Of a DNA stretch of 64,000 nt, positions 1-9,487 are shown one piece after another. A program made the position numbers and the translations under genes. This stretch comes from a virus. Location: the IMG/VR virus record IMGVR_UViG_3300000527_000001. One strand, written 5' to 3'. How positions within the stretch are numbered: the stretch's first letter is position 1; each line of letters starts with the position of its first letter. The notes beneath the pieces were generated by a model that did not search any database, was not told the origin of the DNA, and worked only from the letters and a program-made list of their open reading frames with translations.

Positions 1-100
1 CGAACAACCGCAAAATGTTATCGAATGCCATATCCACATGAAAGATTTTACCTTCGTATTCAAATTGGTCATCGAATGTATCCGTCAGTTTGAATGTCAT
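1..100 (-). CDS. 5' part of A118 gp15-like tail assembly protein (truncated by window edge; full copy at 50616-51239)
   Basis: Identical to 51140-51239. Confidence 0.8.
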   Translation of the reverse strand, partial: MTFKLTDTFDDQFEYEGKIFHVDMAFDNILRLF

Positions 101-498
101 TTTTGATTCACGCGACGCTTAGGCTTCACGTACTGATGACGCTTTTCCTCCTTGTTCTGTGCGTTGCGTTCGTTGACAACTTCGGCTAAAAACCAAACTA
201 AATCGTACATGTTAACAATCGAACGGCCGCTTTTTTCATACAGTTCCTCAAATGAACCTTCACCAAGCAACATATCAATGACGTTACGTATCAGATGTTT
301 CGTCTTCTCAAAATATTTCTCTCGTTCTTCTTTCGTGAGTTTCATCTCATCAACGTCCAAAAGTTCTTGTACATCCGTTCCTAAAGAGTGAAAGCCCTCC
401 TGATACTCACGGATCTTATCATCACTGAGTTCGATTCGGTACACTTTCCCTGCAATCTCTACTTCCTCAAAAGGTTTCTTGAACTCAAACTTTCTCAT
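97..498 (-). CDS. Tail assembly chaperone (A118 gp14-like)
   Basis: Lies between tail tube and gp15-like/tape measure genes; helical 133-aa protein with LLGEGSFEELY segment; RBS GAGGGGTG. Confidence 0.7.
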   Translation of the reverse strand: MRKFEFKKPFEEVEIAGKVYRIELSDDKIREYQEGFHSLGTDVQELLDVDEMKLTKEEREKYFEKTKHLIRNVIDMLLGEGSFEELYEKSGRSIVNMYDLVWFLAEVVNERNAQNKEEKRHQYVKPKRRVNQK

Positions 499-549
499 AA
501 TTCACACCCCTCTTTGTAAGTTAAAAAGAAGGGCCGCCAAACAACGGCT

Positions 550-987
550 CTATTCTAAGCTTGGCGGCGTATAATTCGGCTTTCCGTTGAAATGAATTTC
601 GAAGCTGATTTCACCCTTGGTTCCAGCATCACCAGATGGGCCTGAGATGTTAGCGATCGTACATTCTCCCTCAAATACTCCGCCATCTGGTTCCGTCCAT
701 CGAAACTCTGTGCGACGATTTGGACCTAATTCAAGTAATTTACCGAAGATAAAATCCTGCGCTGGATCACCGTACTTCCGATGTCCAGTGAAGGTTAAGA
801 CTAATTGTGCACCGATCACATCTGTTTCTCCGTATCCGTCGCCGTCCAAGTATATATCTTGCGAAAGCTCTTCGTTATTATTTGGTTCAACGTTCGTAAT
901 TCCTGCGGCAATCAGCGCATAAGTACCCGGAGTTTCCCCAGGCGTTGTATTAATTTCAAACTTATGCTTATTCATCAATTCAAACAT
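550..987 (-). CDS. Major tail (tube) protein
   Basis: 145-aa beta-rich protein with GxRKYGDPAQDFI and EISFEIHFNGKP segments typical of A118-like tail tube proteins; synteny. Confidence 0.85.
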   Translation of the reverse strand: MFELMNKHKFEINTTPGETPGTYALIAAGITNVEPNNNEELSQDIYLDGDGYGETDVIGAQLVLTFTGHRKYGDPAQDFIFGKLLELGPNRRTEFRWTEPDGGVFEGECTIANISGPSGDAGTKGEISFEIHFNGKPNYTPPSLE

Positions 988-988
988 T

Positions 989-1396
989 CTACATACCTCC
1001 TTTTGCTAATTCAGCGTGAAAAATAGCAGTATAAATGTATTCGCTTTTGTCTGTCTTTTCTACGAAATTAGGTAGCGTGTAGCATTCGCACTTCACAAAG
1101 GTATAACTTCCGTCTTGGCTTGGGATCGCGTCTTTTCCAAGCCCGTCTAAGACATTAAAAATATTTTGTAGGGTGTTATAAGCAGTAAGGTGATCCACAT
1201 CTTTTACTAGCACTTGAAACGCGAATATGAACGTTTTCTCATTGTCTGTATAACGATCATTCATTGACGAAGGAGTTTGACGGATGGCAATGGAAGAGGG
1301 AGCGGTATCCAACAGGCCGAATACAATCGGTGCATTAAGAGTTACGTTTTGTTCAATGTATTCTTTGACACGATCTAGAAAGTCCATCCGCTTCAC
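989..1396 (-). CDS. Tail terminator / 'minor capsid 3'-type connector protein
   Basis: Size and position directly upstream of tail tube gene. Confidence 0.7.
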   Translation of the reverse strand: MKRMDFLDRVKEYIEQNVTLNAPIVFGLLDTAPSSIAIRQTPSSMNDRYTDNEKTFIFAFQVLVKDVDHLTAYNTLQNIFNVLDGLGKDAIPSQDGSYTFVKCECYTLPNFVEKTDKSEYIYTAIFHAELAKGGM

Positions 1397-1758
1397 TCCC
1401 CATCAAAATATTTCCTGTATACCTCTTTCACTCGTTGTGTCCAATCATCTTTATATTGGGATTTGGCTGCCTCAAACCATAAGCCTTGTGCATTCGGGTT
1501 CACATCTTTTGAAAAATTATACTGGGGATTGTAATATAATCTTCGAGCATAGGGCGTGTTCCATTCAATATGTCCTTCACCAATTCTGCTGTGAAGTATC
1601 CCAGATCTCTCTAAATGCCCTTCTTGTTTGGGGATAAAATAGTTGCTATCTTTTAATACGTCTTGATCCAATTGAGCTTGTGCTGCTTTTTTAGCACGAT
1701 CTGTTTTGGACTTTAGCTTACTCCTATTAAGGTCGACCTTGACATTAAAGCGAATCAT
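1393..1758 (-). CDS. 'Minor capsid 2'-type neck/tail completion protein
   Basis: PKQEGHLERS, WNTPYARRLYY and WFEAAK motifs; synteny. Confidence 0.8.
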   Translation of the reverse strand: MIRFNVKVDLNRSKLKSKTDRAKKAAQAQLDQDVLKDSNYFIPKQEGHLERSGILHSRIGEGHIEWNTPYARRLYYNPQYNFSKDVNPNAQGLWFEAAKSQYKDDWTQRVKEVYRKYFDGE

Positions 1759-2087
1759 ACTAGCTCCACCTCGATATGATGAGGTGTTGTTGATAGAGCA
1801 TAAAGCGTATTCACTTTTTGCACAATCATTGTCTCGCCGTTAAAAGTGACTCTTGACTTTTCCTTGAATGTCACTTTTGGTGTAGAATGAGTCATGTCAA
1901 AAAACAATATTGCCCGGTATCGCTTTTCTTCAGCGATATTCGAGAGATTGATGTTGCTGACCGGTTGAACAAGCACATTCTCTAATGTAACGGGCGGCAA
2001 ATACGTTTCGCCCCATCCACTTCTTTCGGCATATTCCTCATATACGACCTTATGGATCAAAAGAGACAATGGAATTGGCTTAATCAT
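1755..2087 (-). CDS. 'Minor capsid 1'-type head closure protein
   Basis: IP..LLIH N-terminus, PHHIEVEL C-terminus; synteny. Confidence 0.75.
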   Translation of the reverse strand: MIKPIPLSLLIHKVVYEEYAERSGWGETYLPPVTLENVLVQPVSNINLSNIAEEKRYRAILFFDMTHSTPKVTFKEKSRVTFNGETMIVQKVNTLYALSTTPHHIEVELV

Positions 2088-2472
2088 ATGCTGTCACTCC
2101 CTGGTATAGAAGCCCAGAGGAAGACAGGTGAAGTATCGCTTCCGGAGAAATGCCATTATTTCCGTTATTCGAGGCGGAGCTTACTTGATAGATAAAATTC
2201 CCAATATGAACGGAGCTCGGTTGTACCCCATGCAGAGCATCCGTTCCATTTTTAAGCATGTACTCAATCTGAGCACATACTGCATTTTTAATGGCCTGTT
2301 GTACTAGTTGGTGAAGATTCTCAAATCCTTGAGCCTGAATGTTTGAACCGGTTAAACTATCAATAACTAGCGAAGCTCTAGTTTCATATTTAGCAAAGTC
2401 CTCGCTAGTTAAATGCTCCGGCCAATCTCCGCCGTAAGTATCGAGATAATAAGTGAGATTCACATACGACAT
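2080..2472 (-). CDS. Head-tail adaptor (connector) protein
   Basis: MSYV..YY, RASLVIDSLT, AVCAQIEY and GLLYQGV motifs; follows capsid gene. Confidence 0.8.
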   Translation of the reverse strand: MSYVNLTYYLDTYGGDWPEHLTSEDFAKYETRASLVIDSLTGSNIQAQGFENLHQLVQQAIKNAVCAQIEYMLKNGTDALHGVQPSSVHIGNFIYQVSSASNNGNNGISPEAILHLSSSGLLYQGVTAYD

Positions 2473-2478
2473 TAATCA

Positions 2479-2772
2479 TCACCCTTTGCGACGGCGGCGC
2501 TTACTTTCACCCTCCGAGTCTTCAGTCTCAGCTTCCTCAATATTAGTGTTAGGTTTACCCTCCTGAAGCTGTTTAATAAGGGCTTTAGCCTTTTCCAATT
2601 CCTCAACTACCCGATTGTATTCTGCAATCGGTACCATACGACCGCTTGTTGCTCGTTTAACTACTTCTCCTCGGTCATTGATTTGATCGTATCCTTCACG
2701 AAGATAATAGGACAAGCGTTCTTCAGGTACATAAAGCACCTTATTGTCTTTCTTTACTCTTACTTTATTCAT
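2479..2772 (-). CDS. Hypothetical head-associated protein
   Basis: Strong RBS (AAGGAGGA); located between capsid and adaptor genes. Confidence 0.7.
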   Translation of the reverse strand: MNKVRVKKDNKVLYVPEERLSYYLREGYDQINDRGEVVKRATSGRMVPIAEYNRVVEELEKAKALIKQLQEGKPNTNIEEAETEDSEGESKRRRRKG

Positions 2773-2800
2773 AAAATAATATCCTCCTTAAAAACTTGGA

Positions 2801-2828
2801 TTAAGAGGGCTCGTTTGAGCCCCCTTAA
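2801..2828 (-). terminator. Stem-loop immediately after major capsid stop (terminator or stabiliser)
   Basis: TAAGAGGGCTC-GTTT-GAGCCCCCTTA inverted repeat; U-tract weak on minus strand. Confidence 0.55.
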
Positions 2829-2832
2829 AAAA

Positions 2833-3744
2833 TTATCCTTCAACTTCATCTGCCTCGACGTTCATTTTTACTCCGTCTGCTTTAGCTGCAATCAGGAATA
2901 CATCCCAATATTTTCGTTCGTAGTACAAGTATTTTCCGCCAGTACGAGCGGACGGTTCATCTAAGCTGACAAACTCATATTTTTGCGGAGCAATCACAGC
3001 ATCCGGATGTACCAGAATCATATTGATTTGCTTAGCTGCAGCATCCGGCACAGCACCGTCCGTAAAGTCGTAAAGTGTTTTCATTCGAGAAGATGGTACG
3101 CGTTTAATCATTACATCATCAAGCGAGTATACGTTACGATTGACCGTTCCGTTAGACGCGGAGCCGCTAATAATATGCAAGCGTTGCATCTCTTGAGCTT
3201 GTTTTAAAAGTTTATGAACCGCTGGGGTAACGTATAAGATACGTCCCTCTTGCGGTACTTCAGCATCGTCCATCTCAGCCATAAATTGGTCGAATACCGA
3301 GAGAACGTTTGTAGCATCTAAGGCGGTAGTGTCAACAGTTTTCCCCGCAGCCAAGTATTCAGCGTACAATTTAGAAGCCATGTATTTATCCATCTCAGGG
3401 ATCTTTTGCTCATCATTAAACACTTTTGTAATGTTGGCGATTGTTAACGCCATATTCGTTTCATCCACATCTTGGGGATCTACCAAAGTGCTGAACTCAC
3501 GGTCGTGTTGTAACGTTTTGGTCTCCCATTGGTTATCAGCACGACGGGTAAATTGCGTCATTGCATCGCGATCAACGTCTTTAAATCCGCCTACCGTAAT
3601 TCTCGGGATTTGAATTGTTTTAGCGCTAGTCCATCTAATGGTGTTATTGTTACGGGTATTATAAAGTTCGAAGAAACTTAATCCTTGTGCAAATCGCTGT
3701 TGTAAAGCCTGAGCATAAAGTTCGGCATAGTTTACCGGTGCCAT
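2833..3744 (-). CDS. Major capsid protein
   Basis: 303 aa, follows scaffold; TIQIPRI, HDREFSTLVDPQDVDET, IPEMDKY and RILYVTP motifs of Firmicutes HK97-fold capsids; RBS AAGGAGGGAG. Confidence 0.9.
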   Translation of the reverse strand: MAPVNYAELYAQALQQRFAQGLSFFELYNTRNNNTIRWTSAKTIQIPRITVGGFKDVDRDAMTQFTRRADNQWETKTLQHDREFSTLVDPQDVDETNMALTIANITKVFNDEQKIPEMDKYMASKLYAEYLAAGKTVDTTALDATNVLSVFDQFMAEMDDAEVPQEGRILYVTPAVHKLLKQAQEMQRLHIISGSASNGTVNRNVYSLDDVMIKRVPSSRMKTLYDFTDGAVPDAAAKQINMILVHPDAVIAPQKYEFVSLDEPSARTGGKYLYYERKYWDVFLIAAKADGVKMNVEADEVEG

Positions 3745-3759
3745 ACACTAACTCCCTCC

Positions 3760-4500
3760 TTAGATTTGCTTGAATATATTAATCCATTTTTCAGCTTCCG
3801 ACTGAGATTGTTTTTGGTGATTGCCAGAAGAGAACTTCGGCTTCTTTTCATCTTCAGTCGGATCACTAGCCTGTTTAAACTGTGGGTATTTTTTAAGTAC
3901 TTTCTGAATAGCTTCGTCAATCGAAGTGTCTTCGTCCACAAGGTTGTTAGCTAAAACAATCACATCTTCTAAGCTGTCGGATCTTACTCCTGCTTTCAAC
4001 GCAGCAATTTGTGCCTTAAGTTTGGTGTTTTCGGTTTGGAATTCTTCCAACTGTTGTTCCATTTTCTTAAATTGTTCGAGCTGTTTTTCTTCCCGGGATT
4101 TTTGAGCGTCTTGCCATTCACGGAATTTTTGAAGGCCTTCTTTTGCGCTTTCGAAGTCTTCAATTCCTAATTGGCGAAGAAGGTCTTCTTGAGCTTTTCG
4201 TACCTCGCGAGTTACAATTTTGTTGACCTTCCACTGAGGAATCGGTTTCTCATCATCGTCATCGTTGCTGTCGTTCACTGGAGGATTGTTTTTCGGCGGT
4301 TTGTTGTTGCCTTCTTGTCCACCTGCAGGCAGTTCATTGCTCGGTTTGGAAGCGCCTTCATCTGTTGGTGGTGTTTGTCCTCCGTCTCCTTGATCCTCGC
4401 CTTCACCAGCGAAGAATTGTAAATCTAAACGATAACGAAGTTCTTCCTCCCCGAGATTTGTTGCCGCTCGGTCGGCGTTTTTCAATAATACCACTTCCAC
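3760..4500 (-). CDS. Capsid scaffolding protein
   Basis: N-terminal LDLQFFA motif, low-complexity linker, coiled coil, KKYPQF near C-terminus; directly upstream of capsid gene. Confidence 0.85.
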   Translation of the reverse strand: MEVVLLKNADRAATNLGEEELRYRLDLQFFAGEGEDQGDGGQTPPTDEGASKPSNELPAGGQEGNNKPPKNNPPVNDSNDDDDEKPIPQWKVNKIVTREVRKAQEDLLRQLGIEDFESAKEGLQKFREWQDAQKSREEKQLEQFKKMEQQLEEFQTENTKLKAQIAALKAGVRSDSLEDVIVLANNLVDEDTSIDEAIQKVLKKYPQFKQASDPTEDEKKPKFSSGNHQKQSQSEAEKWINIFKQI

Positions 4501-4523
4501 ACAACCTCCCGAATTTTAGGGTG

Positions 4524-4603
4524 TTCTCTCGTTCTATTTAATGCCTGAACGAGTAAGAGGCAGAATTAAAAGTCCCCCTGTTTTTAACCGAACAGGTACG
4601 GTG
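4524..4603 (-). promoter_or_regulatory. Predicted tandem pseudoknots in scaffold/capsid mRNA leader
   Basis: On the minus strand: ACCG/CGGT with CCTGTT/AACAGG, then TGCCT/AGGCA with CTCGTTC/GAACGAG. Confidence 0.5.
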
Positions 4604-4644
4604 GTTAGTCAATTCGCAAAAAATCACACTACCGTTCAATAGGT

Positions 4645-4673
4645 ATTATAAGACAAAACTCACTATATGTCCA
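4645..4673 (-). promoter_or_regulatory. Sigma-A-like promoter for scaffold-capsid operon
   Basis: TGGACA-17 bp-TATAAT on minus strand. Confidence 0.7.
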
Positions 4674-4739
4674 CAGGAAAATTTAATTTTTTACTTAAAT
4701 TTTACAATCGCTTAGCGGAGCTGTCCATATCTCTCTAGC

Positions 4740-5125
4740 ACAACCTTTACAACTGATCCTTTCATTCAAGTGCGCGAACCAAAAAACTTTTTCTGGCGAC
4801 CGAGTTAACGTCCACAACAAAAAACGGAGTATCCTTAAGGATACGTAGTTTTTTGTTGTGAGGAGCGTTAACTCGCCAAACGCTTGTCGTTAGGCCTTGC
4901 GAGGCACTTGCTATAACATGATAATAATGTTGTCACGACACATCGCAAGGCGTAGTTACGGCATTTCTCACACTTGTCATTTCTATACTCCGCACAGTTA
5001 TTCGCACACTTTTAAGTGAGAGTTTTTCCATTTTGTATAGTTTACATAGCTCTAGCACTCTGTCGCCTACTAGTTATGTATCTCGCACACTTTAAGTGCT
5101 AGAGACTGTCATGATAGCAATTGAC
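4740..5125. repeat. Structured non-coding element A (three-helix hairpin, GCCTTGCGA stem, CGCACACTT repeats)
   Basis: Hairpin 4801-4875; inverted homology to 12818-13150; CGCACACTT-like motifs near 4968, 4990, 5003, 5084. Confidence 0.8.
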
Positions 5126-5258
5126 AAACGGATCAAAACATGTCAAAAGCCATCCTTTCACAGACTGACTCTCCCGCTCCTTTACATATTTTAGGTTGTT
5201 TGGGCTCTTAAAAGCAGAGAGAAATTCGTATAAGCATCACCTCCTTTAAAGGTTAACC

Positions 5259-6371
5259 TCATACAATTTGCTCCCGTTTTCTTCTCCGAGTTAGCCCAGT
5301 TTGTGCAATGAACTCTCTCATCTGTGCTTGTCGTAGCCGTACCTTTTGCTTTGCTTCCTGGATTCCTTGCTCATCCCCGAGAGCTTCCATAACGCGGAGC
5401 TCCCGTTTTGCTTTCCGAATATCTCGCTCAAGCTTCCGTTGTTGCTGCTGTAGCTTATACATTTTCTCGTTCTGTGATTTGGGATAGGGACGAAAACGTT
5501 GCTTGGTTATCCCCTCGATAAACGGATAAATCACATGCCTGCAATTAATCCCCAACAATCCACCGGGATCTCCGTATGAAGTACTGCTCCATGCCGGATA
5601 GCGTGGATGAGTACCACTAAGCGAGTAAATCCTTCCTTGGTATGGTGCACATTTCGGGCGAGCACCTAAGTGGCTAGATACTTCGATCAAATCAACACCG
5701 TATTCGCTCATCCGTTGAAACTGCATCTCTCTTGCTACTCGACTAGTTGTAGAGCGTATGTTCATATTCAAGTAAGCCTCAACACTCCACTTGCGACCGG
5801 CACGGTCTTCTAGCACAGGGATACCAAACCGTGACCATTCTCGTACTGACCCACGCATTGCTTGGTCAGCAGTTTGTACCCCCGCTAGAACCTTTCCAAC
5901 CGATTTGTTTACTATGTCAAGATACACTTGTTGAGATCCGCTGAGCATTGAGGTATTGACATAATTTAACCTACTAATTGCTTGATTTTGATATGAGAGT
6001 AGAATTTCCGCTAGTGCCTGACTAGTAGTTGCCCCTGGGGCAGCCGGGAGAATACCTTCTTTAGCCGCTTGCTGAAGTTGATCTTCGTACTGGTTCATTC
6101 CCGCCTTTCCGGCTTCCTCGATCGCTTCCTTTACTTTCTCCGGGGCCATCCCTGCGTACTTAGCAATAATCTGTATATGCTCTTGTGTGAGGTTATCCAA
6201 CATCGCTAACTGTTCCGCCTGCCATACTACATAACCGTCCGGAGTAAGCAAAGACTTGTTTTTACGCAAGGCCTTCGCGATATTGATTAGTATCTGTGTT
6301 TCTATCTCTTCATATATTCTCACAGTCGACTCAGCAAGACGTTCAAAATAAAGCGGGTCCATAGCAATCAC
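5259..6371 (-). CDS. Minor capsid / head morphogenesis protein (Phage_min_cap2 type)
   Basis: DRAGRKW, VSSHLGARPKCAPYQG, GINCRH and QRKLERDIR motifs; follows portal. Confidence 0.9.
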   Translation of the reverse strand: MIAMDPLYFERLAESTVRIYEEIETQILINIAKALRKNKSLLTPDGYVVWQAEQLAMLDNLTQEHIQIIAKYAGMAPEKVKEAIEEAGKAGMNQYEDQLQQAAKEGILPAAPGATTSQALAEILLSYQNQAISRLNYVNTSMLSGSQQVYLDIVNKSVGKVLAGVQTADQAMRGSVREWSRFGIPVLEDRAGRKWSVEAYLNMNIRSTTSRVAREMQFQRMSEYGVDLIEVSSHLGARPKCAPYQGRIYSLSGTHPRYPAWSSTSYGDPGGLLGINCRHVIYPFIEGITKQRFRPYPKSQNEKMYKLQQQQRKLERDIRKAKRELRVMEALGDEQGIQEAKQKVRLRQAQMREFIAQTGLTRRRKREQIV

Positions 6372-6412
6372 TACCTTTATATAAAGTAGGTGAGTCTAAC
6401 GGCAGTTAACGA

Positions 6413-7975
6413 TTATTCTTCTTCCGTATCTTCCCCTTCTAACTCAGGATCTTCGAGATTTTCCCCCTCAACCTGTGGATTTGTATTGCTAGAGGTTGAT
6501 CCTTCTAACGGAATAGCATCCACAATGTCCAAATTGACGTTTAGTTTTTCTTCTTCAGCAATTTCCTTCAGTAATAACTCTGCCTCTTCCTCCGTTAGTC
6601 CATGTAGTTTCATGATGGCTCTTTTACGAGATGTCAATCGGTTAGTAACAAGTTTAATTTGTTTATCGATTTCAGCATTTTGATCCTCGGCAATCGAGTC
6701 ATCAAAGTAAACAGTAACCTTGTAATCATCCGGAGTCGGGAATAGCCCATAAAGGTCGGCCAAAATCTTAATGCACTCAATGAGGTCCGTAATTCCTTGC
6801 TCAATAATAATTTCATGAGATTGCTTCGACTTGAATGTTTTTGAGTTTTCGCTCACAACCTCAGTTGCCGTTTTTACTCCTTGGCCGTCAAATGTGAATG
6901 TACCGGGTGAGAATCCTATTTGAATTGCTAGTATGTTAAGCAACGCGTTAATAGCAGCAATGTGTTCTTCAACGCGGAGCTCTACGGAGTTGTCATAGAT
7001 TTTTTGATCCTCTAAGTTAGTTGCAGCATATGCCTGATAAATCTCATCATTAGTATCAAAGTACCGTACGAGGTTCCCGTTTTCGTCTGGTACTGCACGA
7101 ATAGCGGTTGCAGGCACCAGTATCCGTTTTTTCCCTAGACGAAACTCTCGCTGAAAACTATCAAACGCAATGTCTAAAGACTTCAAAGTATTCAACGCAT
7201 TAGCATAAAGCGGAATTCCGAGCGGACTAGTCATATCGATATTATTTGCTATGTTCGGCTTAAAGTATACGAACAGAGGCCGCTCTAAGTTTTTGATCAC
7301 AACTTCGGGCTCAAGATCGGGATAGAGTATGCTAAGATCCACTTGTACGCCAAGCTTTCCCGGAATATTGCTTTCGAATAGTTCGTTTTTAATGACATAT
7401 CCATTTACTTCGGGTTCACGTAGATGAATCTCAAGATGTGTATAGTATTTGTCTCCCTTACGAGTTTGGGATTGGAATACTCCTTCGAAAATGCCTTCGT
7501 TATCCCAGCTGATCGGTATAAAGCAGTCCGCTGTCACATAGGAGAACTTGATTTTTCCGTCCTCTACATATGGTTTGATGACCATGCCTCCGAGCCCGAA
7601 CATGTACTCAAGATAATCTTGGAATTTAGAGAAAAATTTGTTTTGTTCAAATACCTCTTCCACTAGTTTGTTGAAGTTTTGGTCCGAGACGCTAATAGAA
7701 CAACGCTCGTTGAAGATTATCGAGGCCATTTCCTGTGCAACCACTTTGGCCATATTCATTGTGGCCATGTCTCGTTCACGAGTGCCATCCACAGTGTAAT
7801 ATTTTACGCGGTGCCACTTCGGATAGTACCCGCTATAAATAGCCTTCCACATTTCGATTTTTTGCAAAGTCTCGTTACTTATAGACAATGATCTGTGGTC
7901 TAAAATTGAGTTAAGCTCTTGAATAATGCCCACCTTGGTGAGCCACCTCCTTATTGTACTAGCGATAAAGCCCAT
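6413..7975 (-). CDS. Portal protein (A118/SPP1 gp6-like)
   Basis: 520 aa; SPLGIPLY, EFRLGKKRI, KTATEVVSENS and FDDSI motifs; follows TerL. Confidence 0.92.
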   Translation of the reverse strand: MGFIASTIRRWLTKVGIIQELNSILDHRSLSISNETLQKIEMWKAIYSGYYPKWHRVKYYTVDGTRERDMATMNMAKVVAQEMASIIFNERCSISVSDQNFNKLVEEVFEQNKFFSKFQDYLEYMFGLGGMVIKPYVEDGKIKFSYVTADCFIPISWDNEGIFEGVFQSQTRKGDKYYTHLEIHLREPEVNGYVIKNELFESNIPGKLGVQVDLSILYPDLEPEVVIKNLERPLFVYFKPNIANNIDMTSPLGIPLYANALNTLKSLDIAFDSFQREFRLGKKRILVPATAIRAVPDENGNLVRYFDTNDEIYQAYAATNLEDQKIYDNSVELRVEEHIAAINALLNILAIQIGFSPGTFTFDGQGVKTATEVVSENSKTFKSKQSHEIIIEQGITDLIECIKILADLYGLFPTPDDYKVTVYFDDSIAEDQNAEIDKQIKLVTNRLTSRKRAIMKLHGLTEEEAELLLKEIAEEEKLNVNLDIVDAIPLEGSTSSNTNPQVEGENLEDPELEGEDTEEE

Positions 7976-7987
7976 TTTATCACCACC

Positions 7988-9469
7988 TTAAGCATTGAGC
8001 CGCAACTTAATGAGGTTGGATACAACGTAGTATTGAAACGCGTCACAAGTATGATCATCTACTTTTACTACTTGCGGCTTTTTACCCTTCTCAAGAGACT
8101 TGCGGTCCCATTGATATTTCCGGTGTTCTTCAATAAAGATTTTGTTGTTTTCCGTATCCAAGTAGTAGAATCTTCCTTGTGCAAGTAAGTCGGTCACATA
8201 ATCAATCATTGTTACCTTATCGGTCTTTGCGACCGGCATTAAGATACGCCCCCAGTCACGGTAAATTTGGTTCCGTAATGCTCCCTCAGCAGAGTCGATA
8301 ACTTCGGTGTCGATTAGTACATTCGGATATTTGGCCTTCAGTTGATCAATAAATTTTTTGTAGTCCTGAGACAAATCTGACGGGGCTTTTTTGTTCACCT
8401 GGTGTTCAGGGTCATAGTAATAGGTGTCTAGCAAAATAACGTTTTGTTTTTTCGTTAATCCGAAAGCACAGTAAGCAGTAGCTGACACTTGGTGCCCGCC
8501 GTCTACTGCAATATCAATTAGTGTCAAACTATCGTCCTCTGGAATGTTTTGTAACGGCTTAAACAACTTGATATTGTAAATCAAATCACCGAGACCAATG
8601 ACCTCTCCAAGGTACATCCAACGCCAATAGTCCGGGTCATTTTCACGGTAACGTTCTATTTTGCGGAGCAATTGCTCTGAAAGAAATCCTTTTTTGTCGT
8701 CGAGGTACGTCGAGTGATGTATAAAATAATCTGGATCGCTTTCCTTGTCTTTTATCCACTCGTTTATCCAAGCGTATGGATTCCGTGGAGGGTTGTATGA
8801 AAAATAAACTTTAACCTCTTTGCCGTTATCCAAATCTTGGCGAATAAACGTATCTTCTACAGTGTCAATATCCTCGACACCGTCAAACTCCGCTAACTCC
8901 TCAAACCACAGAGCCATGACATAACCCTTGGCGATTTTAGCTGATTTTAGCTTTACTGGATCATCGCATCCATAAAAGTAGAATGCGGTTCCAGTCGGTT
9001 TGTGTATAATCTTTAACGGCGATTCACGGAAGATGAATTGATCCTGTACCTCGAGCATTAGAATTGCCCACTGTATTTGCTCATATACGGAAGTCCGTAA
9101 GTACTTAGCTACCTTCCGTAAAACGACCACATTTCCTAGCGAGTCCTCGAGAAAGTCCTTCACTAGCTTTAGACTAATAACCGATGACTTGAAAGAGGAG
9201 CGGCCGCCCTTAGCAACGATATGACTTTTGTCAGTGGTCCACAGTGAGTAAAAGTTCTCGTTTATTAAGTCAGTGATCTTCACTATTTTAACACTGGACT
9301 TTTTATGGACCGGTTCGTCACTGCTACTATAATTGACCTTCCTTGGATCTTTGGCTTTTGTAAAGTCTACTAACAAAACACGGTCGTCTATCACCTCTAT
9401 AGGCTTTAGTTTCTTGCGTTTGTGTAATGGAATTGCGGCTTTAGGGAGCGGAATGCCCACCGCTAACAC
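7988..9469 (-). CDS. terL: Terminase large subunit, PBSX family
   Basis: Walker A variant KGGRSSFKSS, Walker B WFEE, SYNPP, nuclease DDHTCDAFQY; start codon uncertain. Confidence 0.93.
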   Translation of the reverse strand: MLAVGIPLPKAAIPLHKRKKLKPIEVIDDRVLLVDFTKAKDPRKVNYSSSDEPVHKKSSVKIVKITDLINENFYSLWTTDKSHIVAKGGRSSFKSSVISLKLVKDFLEDSLGNVVVLRKVAKYLRTSVYEQIQWAILMLEVQDQFIFRESPLKIIHKPTGTAFYFYGCDDPVKLKSAKIAKGYVMALWFEELAEFDGVEDIDTVEDTFIRQDLDNGKEVKVYFSYNPPRNPYAWINEWIKDKESDPDYFIHHSTYLDDKKGFLSEQLLRKIERYRENDPDYWRWMYLGEVIGLGDLIYNIKLFKPLQNIPEDDSLTLIDIAVDGGHQVSATAYCAFGLTKKQNVILLDTYYYDPEHQVNKKAPSDLSQDYKKFIDQLKAKYPNVLIDTEVIDSAEGALRNQIYRDWGRILMPVAKTDKVTMIDYVTDLLAQGRFYYLDTENNKIFIEEHRKYQWDRKSLEKGKKPQVVKVDDHTCDAFQYYVVSNLIKLRLNA

Positions 9470-9487
9470 CTACTTTCTGTCGAGGCC

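Noticed and set aside
97..560. Programmed frameshift in tail tube or tail chaperone genes
   Set aside because: No clear X XXY YYZ or CCC-TAA slippery site at the gene ends; the downstream gene has its own ATG overlapping the stop
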